Part shown: piece after piece, positions 48,890 through 58,946 of the stretch
Layout: every line of letters starts with the position of its first letter
How positions within the stretch are numbered: position 1 is the stretch's first letter
Notes under the pieces: model-generated
Seen by the model: the letters and a program-made list of their open reading frames with translations, nothing else
What the model was told of the DNA's origin: nothing
Database searches by the model: none
Origin: Bacteroidia bacterium
GTDB taxonomy: Bacteria > Bacteroidota > Bacteroidia > M30B66
Length of the DNA: 64,000 bases
Direction: 5' to 3'
Assembly: GCA_965279035.1 (NCBI GenBank)
Contig: OZ257142.1
Location: 2,848,001 to 2,912,000, forward strand
Program-made: the position numbers and the translations under genes

Positions 48890-51628
48890 TTAACGAGCAA
48901 CACTAAAATAAAACGTACTTCCAAAACCTGGTTTACTTTCCACCCATATTTGTCCGTTGTGTTTTTCTGCAATCTTTTTACATACGGCTAATCCAATCCC
49001 GGTTCCTGAATATTCGTTTCGATTGTGAAGCCGTTTGAATGGTAAATAGATTGTATCGAAAAATCGTGGATCAATACCAATTCCATTGTCCTTGAAACAA
49101 AATACATGGTGTGTTTCTGTTGATTCAGAACGAATATGAATTGTTGGTTTTGATTTATCTGTATACTTCAAAGCATTCGATAATAAATTATCGAAAATCT
49201 GCCCGATTAATGAAGCAATACCATGAATTTTAGGAAGTTTTTCTACAACAATTTCGGCATTTTTATCATGAATAACTTGCTGATATACAAGCAAAGTATC
49301 GTTCAGAATTTCTTCTGTATTCAATTCGATAAAATCTTCTTCGGTAGTTCCAATGCGCGAATAAGTAAGCAAATCCTGTATTAAACGCTTCATTCGAATA
49401 GCTCCATCAATGGCAAAATTGATATACTGTTCGGACTTTTCGTTTTTCTCAATATCAGTACTATTTAAAAGTAATTGCATAAAACTCGAAATCATCCGAA
49501 GTGGTTCCTGCAAATCATGAGAAACGATGTAGGCAAATTGCTCGAGTTCTTTATTAAATCCTTGTAATTGACGCGCTCTCGATTGCAAAGCATCATTCAA
49601 TCGAATGAGTGTTTCTTCACTTTCTTTTAAAGCCGTAATGTCTTGCATTGCACCTATCATTTTCAATGCAACTCCTTTTTCATTTCGAATAAATGTACCT
49701 CGATCAAGAATGAATTTATAGGTTCCGTCTGCGCAACGATAGCGATATTCATCACTCCAAAGTGTGACTGGTTGAAACAACACAGCATTCAAATTATTAT
49801 TTACGCGATCTACATCACTGGGGTGTAAAAAATTCCCCCAACCTTCAAATGAATTGTACGAGGATGTTTCTTGATGACCAAATAAACGTTGAAAATTTTC
49901 TCCCCATTCGATATGATCATGTTGAATATCCCATTCATAAATAACGTCTTTCGTTGCTCTTGAAATTAATTGGAAACGCTCATTATTTAATCTCAATTCT
50001 TCGTCATATTTCATACGAAGTGTAACATCTTTTGCCGCTCCATAAATAACTCCTTCTTCTGGATTATACGAAAGAGACCATTCCAACAACAATCGGTTAT
50101 TTCCCGAAATAAATGCAATTTCGAATCGAATTAATAATTCGACTTTCAAACGTTGAAAAAATTCTACAACAGAATCTAAATACGTTTCATCCACAAATTC
50201 AAAAAATGAATGTGAAGTAAGTTCCTCTACACTTAAACCAATAGTTTGTCGCAAATGCTTATTGGCTCTGTAAAATCGACCTGAAACATCCAGCACACAC
50301 AAGAAATCCGGAACGAGCTCAAAAACCTGATTGAAATCGTACGATAGTCGGCTGCTTTCAATATGAATTCCTATATGATTTGATAATACGCGAACCAGAT
50401 GTATTATTTCTGATTCATTCATATTATTTTCTTGTTCTGAGAAAAATGTTAGCAAGGCAACTGTTTGTCCACCAGAGTTTACCGGAACTGTAAATCCACT
50501 TTTAAGTCCTGCTTTATTTGCCCAATTCTTTCTTGGAAAATTAGCATCAAGAAATAAATTAGTAAACTGATTAGATAATGCATTCCCTTTATGCGTTTGT
50601 AGCGCATCGTTCTTTTGATTCGTTAATTCCAGCGTTGATGAAATTGCTAAAAAATCATTGTATTCATTACTTTCTGGATAATGCCAAGCAAAGAGTTTGC
50701 TTTTTTGATAGTGCTGATCAGGCAACCAACATTCGCCGCATTGCCATCCATAACGATTGCAAATGATACTCAACATTTGCTCTAAATTCGACCTTAAACC
50801 ATCTTTGTTATTGAAAATAGTTAAGATTTGCTCGAGTACCTTTTCATGACGAATGCGTAATACTTCATTTGTTGCCTGATATCCTATAAAATATACTCCT
50901 TGCACATTTCCATTGCTCATCATAGGCGTTACATTGAAGCGAAACCAATGAGGCGAACCTTCTTTTTGTATGATTCGAGCAGAAAACTGTTGAGGAATTC
51001 CTTGTTTCGCCGAATGAAAAGCTTCTTCGACCATATTCTCTTCCCCATCGAGAATTAGTGAGAATATATTATGCTGAAAGATTGATTGTTCCGAATGACC
51101 AGTTTCCCTTAAGAAGGCATCATTGACATACATAATTTGTTGATCAGGAGATAAACAAAACACCAAATCGATACTGTCGTCAAAAACTTTTCTTAGAAAA
51201 TCTTTATTTTCTTCAATCCCCTGATAAACGTTGTTTGGGGCTGTTTCTATTTGAGTCCAAACTTGATAAATTCGTTTGTCTTCTTTAAATGAATGAATGG
51301 AAAAATTGACCGTTCTTTTTTGATTATTATGAACATTAATTTCCAATTCAGTTTTAAGCGTAAGACCAGAAAGCAACGCCGATTTAAAGGTCGAAACTGA
51401 ACGTACAGATTCATTGAAATTAAAACAAAGCAAAGGATTAGAACCTACAATTTGTTTTCGTGGAATATTGGTTATTTTATGAAAGGTTTGATTTACATAA
51501 TCGATCTTCAACAAATAAGTAGAATCACCTTCCTCATAGCTTGAAATAATCACCATGGAAGAAGCATTTTCTACCGCTCCCATGAGGATACTTAAAGGCA
51601 ATTGTGCATCAATCGAAAAATCACTCAT
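48890..51628 (-). CDS. PAS/GAF sensor histidine kinase (Cph1-like transmitter)
   Basis: PAS-PAS-GAF-PAS-PAS, then SHDLQEPLR, NLLSNALKY, DNGIGI and GTGIGLA. Confidence 0.92.
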   Translation of the reverse strand: MSDFSIDAQLPLSILMGAVENASSMVIISSYEEGDSTYLLKIDYVNQTFHKITNIPRKQIVGSNPLLCFNFNESVRSVSTFKSALLSGLTLKTELEINVHNNQKRTVNFSIHSFKEDKRIYQVWTQIETAPNNVYQGIEENKDFLRKVFDDSIDLVFCLSPDQQIMYVNDAFLRETGHSEQSIFQHNIFSLILDGEENMVEEAFHSAKQGIPQQFSARIIQKEGSPHWFRFNVTPMMSNGNVQGVYFIGYQATNEVLRIRHEKVLEQILTIFNNKDGLRSNLEQMLSIICNRYGWQCGECWLPDQHYQKSKLFAWHYPESNEYNDFLAISSTLELTNQKNDALQTHKGNALSNQFTNLFLDANFPRKNWANKAGLKSGFTVPVNSGGQTVALLTFFSEQENNMNESEIIHLVRVLSNHIGIHIESSRLSYDFNQVFELVPDFLCVLDVSGRFYRANKHLRQTIGLSVEELTSHSFFEFVDETYLDSVVEFFQRLKVELLIRFEIAFISGNNRLLLEWSLSYNPEEGVIYGAAKDVTLRMKYDEELRLNNERFQLISRATKDVIYEWDIQHDHIEWGENFQRLFGHQETSSYNSFEGWGNFLHPSDVDRVNNNLNAVLFQPVTLWSDEYRYRCADGTYKFILDRGTFIRNEKGVALKMIGAMQDITALKESEETLIRLNDALQSRARQLQGFNKELEQFAYIVSHDLQEPLRMISSFMQLLLNSTDIEKNEKSEQYINFAIDGAIRMKRLIQDLLTYSRIGTTEEDFIELNTEEILNDTLLVYQQVIHDKNAEIVVEKLPKIHGIASLIGQIFDNLLSNALKYTDKSKPTIHIRSESTETHHVFCFKDNGIGIDPRFFDTIYLPFKRLHNRNEYSGTGIGLAVCKKIAEKHNGQIWVESKPGFGSTFYFSVAR

Positions 51629-51989
51629 GTTCTTCTCCTTCTTTCTTATTGGTACCTAAAATCCCTTCTAAAATTGAATTCACAATGGATAAGATTAAAC
51701 TAAATAAGAGCGCCCAAAAAAAACTATCTACCCGAAATTCAACCAAAAGATAATCAGCAAAAACAATGATTCCTGCATTGATAACCAAAAGAAAAAGCCC
51801 TAAACTGAGCACCGTTACAGGCAAAGTGAGCAGTATTAAGATTGGCTTTAAAAAGGAATTCAAAAATGAAAGTAATATTGCTAGCATGATGGCTGCTTGC
51901 CAATTATCCACTTGGACATGGGGTAACAAATAAGCTGTAATCAATACCGCAACAGACGATACGATTACTCTAAAAAACCAATTCTTCAT
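51621..51989 (-). CDS. YvlD-like 4-TM membrane protein (phage_holin_4_2 family)
   Basis: LKPILILLTLPVTVLSLGLFLLVINA; overlaps the kinase start by 8 bp. Confidence 0.88.
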   Translation of the reverse strand: MKNWFFRVIVSSVAVLITAYLLPHVQVDNWQAAIMLAILLSFLNSFLKPILILLTLPVTVLSLGLFLLVINAGIIVFADYLLVEFRVDSFFWALLFSLILSIVNSILEGILGTNKKEGEEHE

Positions 51990-52072
51990 ACAACTCGAAA
52001 GGTTAAATGTACAGATTCCTATGAGAAAATAGTATCAACTAAAGAACGTCATTTTTCCTATTTTTAACCCGA

Positions 52073-53248
52073 ATGAAACTAGTAACCGTCATTGGGGCTC
52101 GACCTCAAATCATCAAAGCCGCAGCATTAAGTCGCGCAGTCAGGAATTTCAAGGAGAAAGTCACTGAAATCATCGTTCATACTGGTCAACATTACGATGC
52201 CAATATGTCGGAAGTGTTTATTAATGAACTTGGTATACCCCAACCCGATTACAATTTGGGTGTAGGTTCAGGTTCTCATGGCAAGCAAACGGCAGCGATT
52301 ATTTCGGGCATGGAAGAAATATTAATGAAGGAAAATCCCGATTGGTTAGTGGTGTATGGCGATACCAATTCGACCTTAGCTGCAGCTATTGCCGGTTCAA
52401 AAATTCATATTCCGATTGCTCACATCGAATCAGGATTGAGATCGTTTAATAAAAAGATGCCCGAAGAAGTGAATCGGATTGTGTGCGATCATGTTTCAAC
52501 CTTGTTGTTCTCTCCTACTCCAACCGGCTATAACAATTTGCTAAAGGAAGGTTTCAAACAAAATACAGGTCCATTCAATGCTGATCATCCAGGTATTTTT
52601 CAATGTGGTGATTTGATGTATGATAATAGTTTGTTCTTTGCATCTGTTGCCAGAGAAAAAACCGATATCGTAGAAAAACTTCAATTGGATTCTAAGCCCT
52701 ATATTTTGGCGACAATTCATCGGAATAACAATACGGATGAGCCTGATCGACTTAATGCACTGTTCTCGACTTTATTAGATTTAGCCGAAGAATCAGGAAT
52801 TCGAATTCTACTTCCATTGCATCCGAGAACACGAAAAATGATGCAGGATTTATTGACATCTGAAATTCAAGAAAAGCTAAAAAATGAGTGGATTCAACTC
52901 ATTGAGCCTGCCTCCTTTTTAGAAATGATTGTCTTAGAACAAGGAGCTAAACTCGTGATTACCGATTCTGGAGGAGTTCAAAAAGAAGCCTTTTTCTTTA
53001 AGAAGCCATGTATCATTTTACGTCCCGAAACCGAATGGGTAGAACTTGTTCAAAATGGAACTGCACGTATTTGTGATGCCGATCCTGTGCGCATTCGAGA
53101 AGCCTTTCATTATTTTATTAAACAAGCAGATGAATTGAATTTTCCTGCTGTTTTTGGTGATGGAAAAGCTGCTGATTTCATTCTCAATCAATTATTCGAA
53201 AATGTTCAAAAATCAGATGTTCAATTAAATGCAGCTATAGGATTGTAA
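52073..53248 (+). CDS. wecB: UDP-GlcNAc 2-epimerase (non-hydrolysing)
   Basis: GARPQIIK, HTGQHYD, GDTNSTLA, TDSGGVQKEA and ETEWVE motifs. Confidence 0.93.
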   Translation: MKLVTVIGARPQIIKAAALSRAVRNFKEKVTEIIVHTGQHYDANMSEVFINELGIPQPDYNLGVGSGSHGKQTAAIISGMEEILMKENPDWLVVYGDTNSTLAAAIAGSKIHIPIAHIESGLRSFNKKMPEEVNRIVCDHVSTLLFSPTPTGYNNLLKEGFKQNTGPFNADHPGIFQCGDLMYDNSLFFASVAREKTDIVEKLQLDSKPYILATIHRNNNTDEPDRLNALFSTLLDLAEESGIRILLPLHPRTRKMMQDLLTSEIQEKLKNEWIQLIEPASFLEMIVLEQGAKLVITDSGGVQKEAFFFKKPCIILRPETEWVELVQNGTARICDADPVRIREAFHYFIKQADELNFPAVFGDGKAADFILNQLFENVQKSDVQLNAAIGL

Positions 53249-53260
53249 TCTGTACTTTTC

Positions 53261-54568
53261 ATGATTCTTATTTATACACATCGGATTACTTCTAGAAATA
53301 AATACACGTTTAAATTAATCTTCGGAGAAATTTTAGGACTGAGCTATGAAGTAACATCTGATAAAATAAGATTCAAAGAATACACTGGAGCTAAAATCAG
53401 TTATTGCAATCGACCTGTAGCGGATGAGATTTTCTTTTTTGCAACAGATTTACTTTTTGAAAATGGCATTGTTGTTCAAGAAACGGGATTTTTAACTTGG
53501 GGTGGAACGAAAGTTTTTTATCCTACCATTCGTAATTCTGAACTGCCTTTTGATCCATTTGCAGCTTCGTTTTTCTTAGTTAGTCGATACGAAGAATATC
53601 TTCCTCATATCCGCGATAAACACGGTCGATTCGAAGCAAAACAAAGTCTTTCCTACTTGCATGGATTTCTTCAAAAACCCGTAGTCAACCAATGGGCTAT
53701 TGAAATTCTAAGACGCATAGAAGAGCGTTATGGAAAAATTCCAGCCAAAGAACATCATTATAGCTTCAAGCCAACCATCGATATTGACAATGCTTGGGCT
53801 TATCGCCATAAAGGGTTTATTCGCATTGGTGCAGGAATGATTTCCGATTTGATGAATTTGAATTTTGCTGGATTTACGAAGCGTTTCAAAGCTGTTTTTC
53901 ATTTGAGTCATGATCCATATGATACCTATGAATATCAAATAGAATTAATTCAGAAATACAAGCTCAATCAAATCTTTTTTGTATTGCTGGGTGATTATGC
54001 TACGTATGATAAAAGCGTTCCTCATCAAAACAAACACATGCAATCACTCATAAAATTTATGGGTGATTTTGGCGAAGTTGGTATTCATCCATCTTATGCT
54101 TCAAACGACTTTCCGAAGAAAATCCCTTACGAAATCTCACGATTGTCCTATATTCTTCACCAAGAAATTCATTTAAGTCGACAGCATTTCTTAAGATTGA
54201 GTTTACCCGATACCTATCAACGTTTGATAGAATGCGACATCACAGATGATTACACGATGGGATATCCTGATCAACCTGGATTTAGAGCGGGAATTTGTAC
54301 GCCCTTCTTTTTTTACGATCTTGACTTGGAAATAGAAACATCATTAAGACTTCATCCTTTTGCCATTATGGATGGAACATTACGCGATTACATGAATATT
54401 CAGCCTGAAAATGCAAACGAAATTATTCATCCATTAATTGATGAAGTTAAAAAAGTAAAAGGAGAGTTTATTTCTGTTTGGCATAATGAATCTTTTGCTG
54501 AAAATACACGCTGGAAAGGTTGGAGAAAAGTATACGAAGACATGATAGAAAAAGCTTTACCCGAATAA
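53261..54568 (+). CDS. Polysaccharide deacetylase-like (WbmS/DUF7033-type) protein
   Basis: SRYEEY, TIDID, GIHPSY, RQHFLR, GFRAG and WHN motifs. Confidence 0.75.
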   Translation: MILIYTHRITSRNKYTFKLIFGEILGLSYEVTSDKIRFKEYTGAKISYCNRPVADEIFFFATDLLFENGIVVQETGFLTWGGTKVFYPTIRNSELPFDPFAASFFLVSRYEEYLPHIRDKHGRFEAKQSLSYLHGFLQKPVVNQWAIEILRRIEERYGKIPAKEHHYSFKPTIDIDNAWAYRHKGFIRIGAGMISDLMNLNFAGFTKRFKAVFHLSHDPYDTYEYQIELIQKYKLNQIFFVLLGDYATYDKSVPHQNKHMQSLIKFMGDFGEVGIHPSYASNDFPKKIPYEISRLSYILHQEIHLSRQHFLRLSLPDTYQRLIECDITDDYTMGYPDQPGFRAGICTPFFFYDLDLEIETSLRLHPFAIMDGTLRDYMNIQPENANEIIHPLIDEVKKVKGEFISVWHNESFAENTRWKGWRKVYEDMIEKALPE

Positions 54569-54571
54569 ATT

Positions 54572-55504
54572 ATGAATGAATTACCTAAACTAAAATTTCT
54601 TAATCACGCACAAATAAATAAAATACGTTGGGATGAAGCTTTATTGCAAAGTTCAAATGGATTGGTGTATGCTACAACTTGGTATTTAGATGTTGTAACG
54701 AATGATAGTTGGTCGGCTTTAGTGAGTGAAGATTATACATGGTTAATGCCTTTGCCTATTAAAAAGAAAGCAGGAGTTCGTTATCTACCAACACCCTTAT
54801 TTATTCAGCAATTAGGAATTTTTGGCCCCGGTCCATTTACAAGTGAACTGACGGATCATTTTTTAAAACACATCGAAGCCAATGTGAAATTGATCGAATA
54901 TCAACTCAATGCTGAAAATGCAAGACCTTCGGAAGGAAATTTTGAAATTCGTTCTCGATTAAATCATGTAAAACCGATTCCTACCGACCGTTCTTCGATT
55001 TTTAACGAATACAACGAAAACACGCAACGTAATATTAAGAAAGCAGAGAAAGCAGAAATTCGTTTTGGAACGGCATCTATCCGACAAATGATTAAGCTTT
55101 TTCAAGATCACAAAGAGAAAGAAATAGACAATTGGAACATTGAAAATTACAATGTGCTCGATCGCTTATACAATGTGTGCATGCTTCGGAATTTCGGACA
55201 AGCAATAGGAGTTTATAATCCCAATGGGGAATTAATCGCTGGTGCATTTATAACAGAATGGAAAGGACGAGCAACATTTATTTTTTCGTGCAATAGTGTT
55301 GAAGGAAAAGAACATGGTGCTTTACCTGCTTTAATTCATCATTATTTGTCAACGGCTCCTGCACATATACGCATTTTCGATTTCGAAGGCTCTGACCAAG
55401 AAGGGCTTGCACGATTCTACAAGAGTTTTGGTAGCATTGAGTCGAACTATGTACATTTGAAACTTAACCGCCTGCCATTTTACATGCGCTGGCTAAAACC
55501 TTAA
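54572..55504 (+). CDS. GNAT/FemAB-like acyltransferase
   Basis: WYLD, P.FIQQLG and FDFEGS...ARFYKSFG motifs. Confidence 0.7.
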   Translation: MNELPKLKFLNHAQINKIRWDEALLQSSNGLVYATTWYLDVVTNDSWSALVSEDYTWLMPLPIKKKAGVRYLPTPLFIQQLGIFGPGPFTSELTDHFLKHIEANVKLIEYQLNAENARPSEGNFEIRSRLNHVKPIPTDRSSIFNEYNENTQRNIKKAEKAEIRFGTASIRQMIKLFQDHKEKEIDNWNIENYNVLDRLYNVCMLRNFGQAIGVYNPNGELIAGAFITEWKGRATFIFSCNSVEGKEHGALPALIHHYLSTAPAHIRIFDFEGSDQEGLARFYKSFGSIESNYVHLKLNRLPFYMRWLKP

Positions 55505-55507
55505 GCG

Positions 55508-56155
55508 ATGTCGCGGATTTTAAGTAATGAAAATTCATTGGTGAATGTGTTTATTAGCGAACTACGTGATGAGAACATTCAGAAAGATTCTATGCGCTTC
55601 AGACGAAATCTGGAACGTTTAGGGGAAATCATTGCTTATGAGATTAGTAAAACCTTGGAATATACTGAACAGGATGTTACTACACCACTCGGTATTGCTC
55701 AAGTTCCTGTGCTAAAAGATCAACCTGTCATTGCGACAATACTTCGCGCTGGTTTGCCCGTTCATCAAGGAATGCTTAATTATTTCGATCGTGCAGGAAA
55801 TGCCTTTGTATCAGCCTACCGAAAGCACCATAAAGACAATACCTTTGAAATTAAGGTTGAATACATGAGTAGCCCTGAATTGAACGATAAAGTGTTGATT
55901 ATTTGTGATCCCATGTTGGCTACCGGACAATCGATGTTACTTGCATACAAGGCATTAATTCAACGCGGGAAGCCTCGTCATATTCATGTTGTTGGATTAA
56001 TTGCAAGTATTGAAGGACTTTCGTATGTAAAAAGTCATTTCCCCGAAAATACCAGTTTTTGGATGGGCGCTGTGGATGATGAGTTAACTGTAAAATCCTA
56101 TATCGTTCCTGGCTTAGGTGATGCAGGAGATTTGGCTTTCGGTCAAAAACTCTAA
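55508..56155 (+). CDS. upp: Uracil phosphoribosyltransferase
   Basis: ILRAG, DPMLATG and YIVPGLGDAGD motifs. Confidence 0.96.
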   Translation: MSRILSNENSLVNVFISELRDENIQKDSMRFRRNLERLGEIIAYEISKTLEYTEQDVTTPLGIAQVPVLKDQPVIATILRAGLPVHQGMLNYFDRAGNAFVSAYRKHHKDNTFEIKVEYMSSPELNDKVLIICDPMLATGQSMLLAYKALIQRGKPRHIHVVGLIASIEGLSYVKSHFPENTSFWMGAVDDELTVKSYIVPGLGDAGDLAFGQKL

Positions 56156-56228
56156 TCGAACATTGATCTAGATTGAGTGTTTCATCCTTGTAGATGATTC
56201 AAATTGACTTATAATCTACCCAATTCCA

Positions 56229-56696
56229 ATGTCGACTGTTATTCAGTTTGTTCTGCTTTTTTTACTAAGTTCTGTAAAGTTTGTTGTTGGAATTCCATCA
56301 GCATTCAAAGCATTGCATCTGGGTTTTTTCGAATTAATACTTTTTGGAATTGGCTCTGGATTTACAGGAGTTTTTGCTTTTATGTTTTTTAGCAATTACC
56401 TATTTGCGTTTTGGGATACGCTGAAAAGACGAATTTTCCCTGTTAAAAAACCAAAGAAAAAACGTGTGTTTAATCGGTTCAGCAGAATCTATGTGAAAGT
56501 AATTCGCCAATATGGATTAGCAGGAATTGCATTTATTACTCCAACGCTTATTTCAATTCCAGTTGGAACTTTATTGGCTAGGCGCTTATTTCCAGACCGA
56601 AAAAAAGTGTTGCTATACCTGTGTATTTCGATTATTCTTTGGTCAATAACGCTCTCGGTAATCCTTCATTTCCCCAAATTTATTAGTTCATTCTAA
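56229..56696 (+). CDS. Small membrane protein (small multidrug-export-like)
   Basis: Several TM helices; SSVKF and YGLAGIAFITP motifs. Confidence 0.6.
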   Translation: MSTVIQFVLLFLLSSVKFVVGIPSAFKALHLGFFELILFGIGSGFTGVFAFMFFSNYLFAFWDTLKRRIFPVKKPKKKRVFNRFSRIYVKVIRQYGLAGIAFITPTLISIPVGTLLARRLFPDRKKVLLYLCISIILWSITLSVILHFPKFISSF

Positions 56697-57383
56697 ATGG
56701 AAATTCAACATCTTTTTTTTGATCTCGACCGTACCATTTGGGATTATGAAACCAATAGCCGCGAAACGTTAAACGACCTACACGATCAGTATTTAATAGA
56801 TAAAGTTCAAGAAGATAAAGACACATTTGCTAGAATATTTCGTTTCGAAAATTCATTGTTATGGGAAGCATTCACATCCAATAAAATTGACAAAGAATAT
56901 TTACGAAAAAACCGTTTTCTCAACACTATTAAACGACTTGGATTAAACGATTCGGATTTGGCTTTACAATTAGAAGATTCGTATCTCGAAGTAACACCTG
57001 CCAAAAAGAAATTACTTGATGGAGCTAAAGAAACGCTTCAAATTTTATCTAAAAAATATACGCTTCATATCATTACCAATGGATTTGAAGATGTACAGAA
57101 TTTCAAACTCATCAATTGTGGAATACGCGAGTATTTTCAAGAAGTCATTACGAGTGATGGAGCAAATTCCAGAAAACCCAATCCCGAAATTTTCGATTAT
57201 TCCTTAAGTATTGCAGGTGCGACCAAACAAACAAGTATGATGATTGGCGATGATCCTGAAATTGATATTGTGGGTGCTCAGAAAGCTGGTTGGGAGGCTT
57301 TTTTAGTGAATACGATGAATCTAAAACATAATTTAAATGTTCGTGAAGTAGCCACTTTGCCTGAATTGCTAGAACATTTATAA
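56697..57383 (+). CDS. YjjG-family HAD pyrimidine nucleotidase
   Basis: FFDLDRTIWD, ITNGF, KPNPEIF and MIGDD...DI.GA motifs. Confidence 0.9.
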   Translation: MEIQHLFFDLDRTIWDYETNSRETLNDLHDQYLIDKVQEDKDTFARIFRFENSLLWEAFTSNKIDKEYLRKNRFLNTIKRLGLNDSDLALQLEDSYLEVTPAKKKLLDGAKETLQILSKKYTLHIITNGFEDVQNFKLINCGIREYFQEVITSDGANSRKPNPEIFDYSLSIAGATKQTSMMIGDDPEIDIVGAQKAGWEAFLVNTMNLKHNLNVREVATLPELLEHL

Positions 57384-57385
57384 AT

Positions 57386-57427
57386 AAAAAATCCCGTTCC
57401 TTAGGAAGAAACGGGATTCATTTTTTT
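57386..57427. terminator. Bidirectional terminator
   Basis: AATCCCGTT...AACGGGATT stem with A and T tracts, between convergent genes. Confidence 0.75.
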
Positions 57428-57436
57428 CAAAAGCGT

Positions 57437-57757
57437 TTAGTGCGCAGCTTCTGTTTTCTTTTTGTCTTTATCGCACGATTTTGCAGCGTCTTTAGAACAA
57501 CATTTCTTTTCGGTTGATCCGCCATTTCCAGAGCCTGTTGATGCAGCTCCTGATTTTGCGCCTTCACCTTCGTGACAAGATTTAGCTGCTTCTTTTGAAC
57601 AGCACGATTTCTCAGATTTTTTCTTTTTGTCTTTGTCCTTGTCTTTATCCAATTTAGCTACAACAGTATTTCCTTGATTTAAAGCAGATGCTAATGGAGC
57701 TGCAATGGCACTGCTCATAAAAGCAGCAAGGCAAAGCATGGAGATGATTTTTTTCAT
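57437..57757 (-). CDS. Small secreted Lys/Cys-rich low-complexity protein
   Basis: Signal peptide, (DK)n tract and two CCSK[ED]AAKSC repeats. Confidence 0.75.
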   Translation of the reverse strand: MKKIISMLCLAAFMSSAIAAPLASALNQGNTVVAKLDKDKDKDKKKKSEKSCCSKEAAKSCHEGEGAKSGAASTGSGNGGSTEKKCCSKDAAKSCDKDKKKTEAAH

Positions 57758-57810
57758 TTTTAGAGATTGTGTTTTTCAAATGTACGAAAGCTTAATTGCT
57801 TTCAACTGCA

Positions 57811-58470
57811 TTAACGATTAAATTTAGCAATGATTGTGATACCTCCTTTAACCACTTCGCCCAACTTCACTTGAACATCAGCATCCAAAGGCATAAAAAT
57901 ATCCACTCGCGATCCGAATTTTATAAATCCAAACTCGCCTCCTTGCTTTGCCTCATCTCCCACTTTCGAATAAGTAACTATCCGACGAGCCACAGCTCCA
58001 GCAATTTGGCGCAATAAAACAGAACGCTTTCCATCTTCAACAACAACCGTTGTTCGCTCGTTTTCTGTTGAAGATTTTGGATGTGAAGCAATCAAATACA
58101 ATCCTTGGTGATACTTGAAATACGTCACCTTTCCTGAGATAGCATAACGATTCACATGCACATTCAAGGGCGACATAAAAACTGAAACTTGCTTCCGCTT
58201 TCCCTTGTAATATTCAGGTTCATCTACTTCTTCAATGGCAACAATTTTCCCATCGGCTGGACAAAGAACCCAATCATCTCCCAAATTTTGTGTTCTATTG
58301 GGGCTGCGAAAAAACTGCAATACCAAAACAAACACTACGAATGAAGCCAACCAAACGAGTTGATGTGCTAAGGTTGCATCTGGCAAAAGGGCAAAAAGAG
58401 AAACATTGATAATTGCCAGAATAATCAGCAGGGAAAGTAAAATACGATGGCCTTCACGGTGAATGGTCAT
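57811..58470 (-). CDS. psd: Phosphatidylserine decarboxylase proenzyme
   Basis: FFRSP, PADG, SVFMSPLNVHVNR and KFGSRVD cleavage motif. Confidence 0.93.
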   Translation of the reverse strand: MTIHREGHRILLSLLIILAIINVSLFALLPDATLAHQLVWLASFVVFVLVLQFFRSPNRTQNLGDDWVLCPADGKIVAIEEVDEPEYYKGKRKQVSVFMSPLNVHVNRYAISGKVTYFKYHQGLYLIASHPKSSTENERTTVVVEDGKRSVLLRQIAGAVARRIVTYSKVGDEAKQGGEFGFIKFGSRVDIFMPLDADVQVKLGEVVKGGITIIAKFNR

Positions 58471-58540
58471 GTTATAAATTTAGGATGATTGAATCCAAAA
58501 GCTGATTCAAGAATTCTGTTTAAAAGAAATAAACACCCAA

Positions 58541-58885
58541 TTACAAGTGCATGTATTGTTTCTTTGCCAAAAGTTGCTCCTGTGTTTCGCGGTGATCAGG
58601 ATCGTCTACACAACAATCAACCGGACAAACTGCCGCACATTGTGGTTCATCATGAAAACCAACACATTCGGTACATTTATCACTAACAATATAGTATGTA
58701 TCCATTTGAACAGGCTTTTGTGTTGCTCCAGCTTGGTATACACCACTGGCAGCATTCACTTCTCCATTCAAAGAAGTTCCATCAGAGAAACGCCATTCCG
58801 TGCCACCTTCATAGATTGCATTGTTTGGACATTCCGGTTCGCATGCACCACAATTGATGCATTCATCAGTAATCATGATCGCCAT
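58541..58885 (-). CDS. 2x[4Fe-4S] ferredoxin
   Basis: CINCGACEPECP and CTECVGFHDEPQCAAVCPVDCC. Confidence 0.95.
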   Translation of the reverse strand: MAIMITDECINCGACEPECPNNAIYEGGTEWRFSDGTSLNGEVNAASGVYQAGATQKPVQMDTYYIVSDKCTECVGFHDEPQCAAVCPVDCCVDDPDHRETQEQLLAKKQYMHL

Positions 58886-58946
58886 ATCACGTCAGATTTA
58901 AGGTTTATTTTCGCAGCGCAAAACTAAGGTATAATTGCTTTCATAC

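Noticed and set aside
51621-51989. Phage holin or prophage
   Set aside because: This is a common chromosomal YvlD-like family and no phage genes are nearby.
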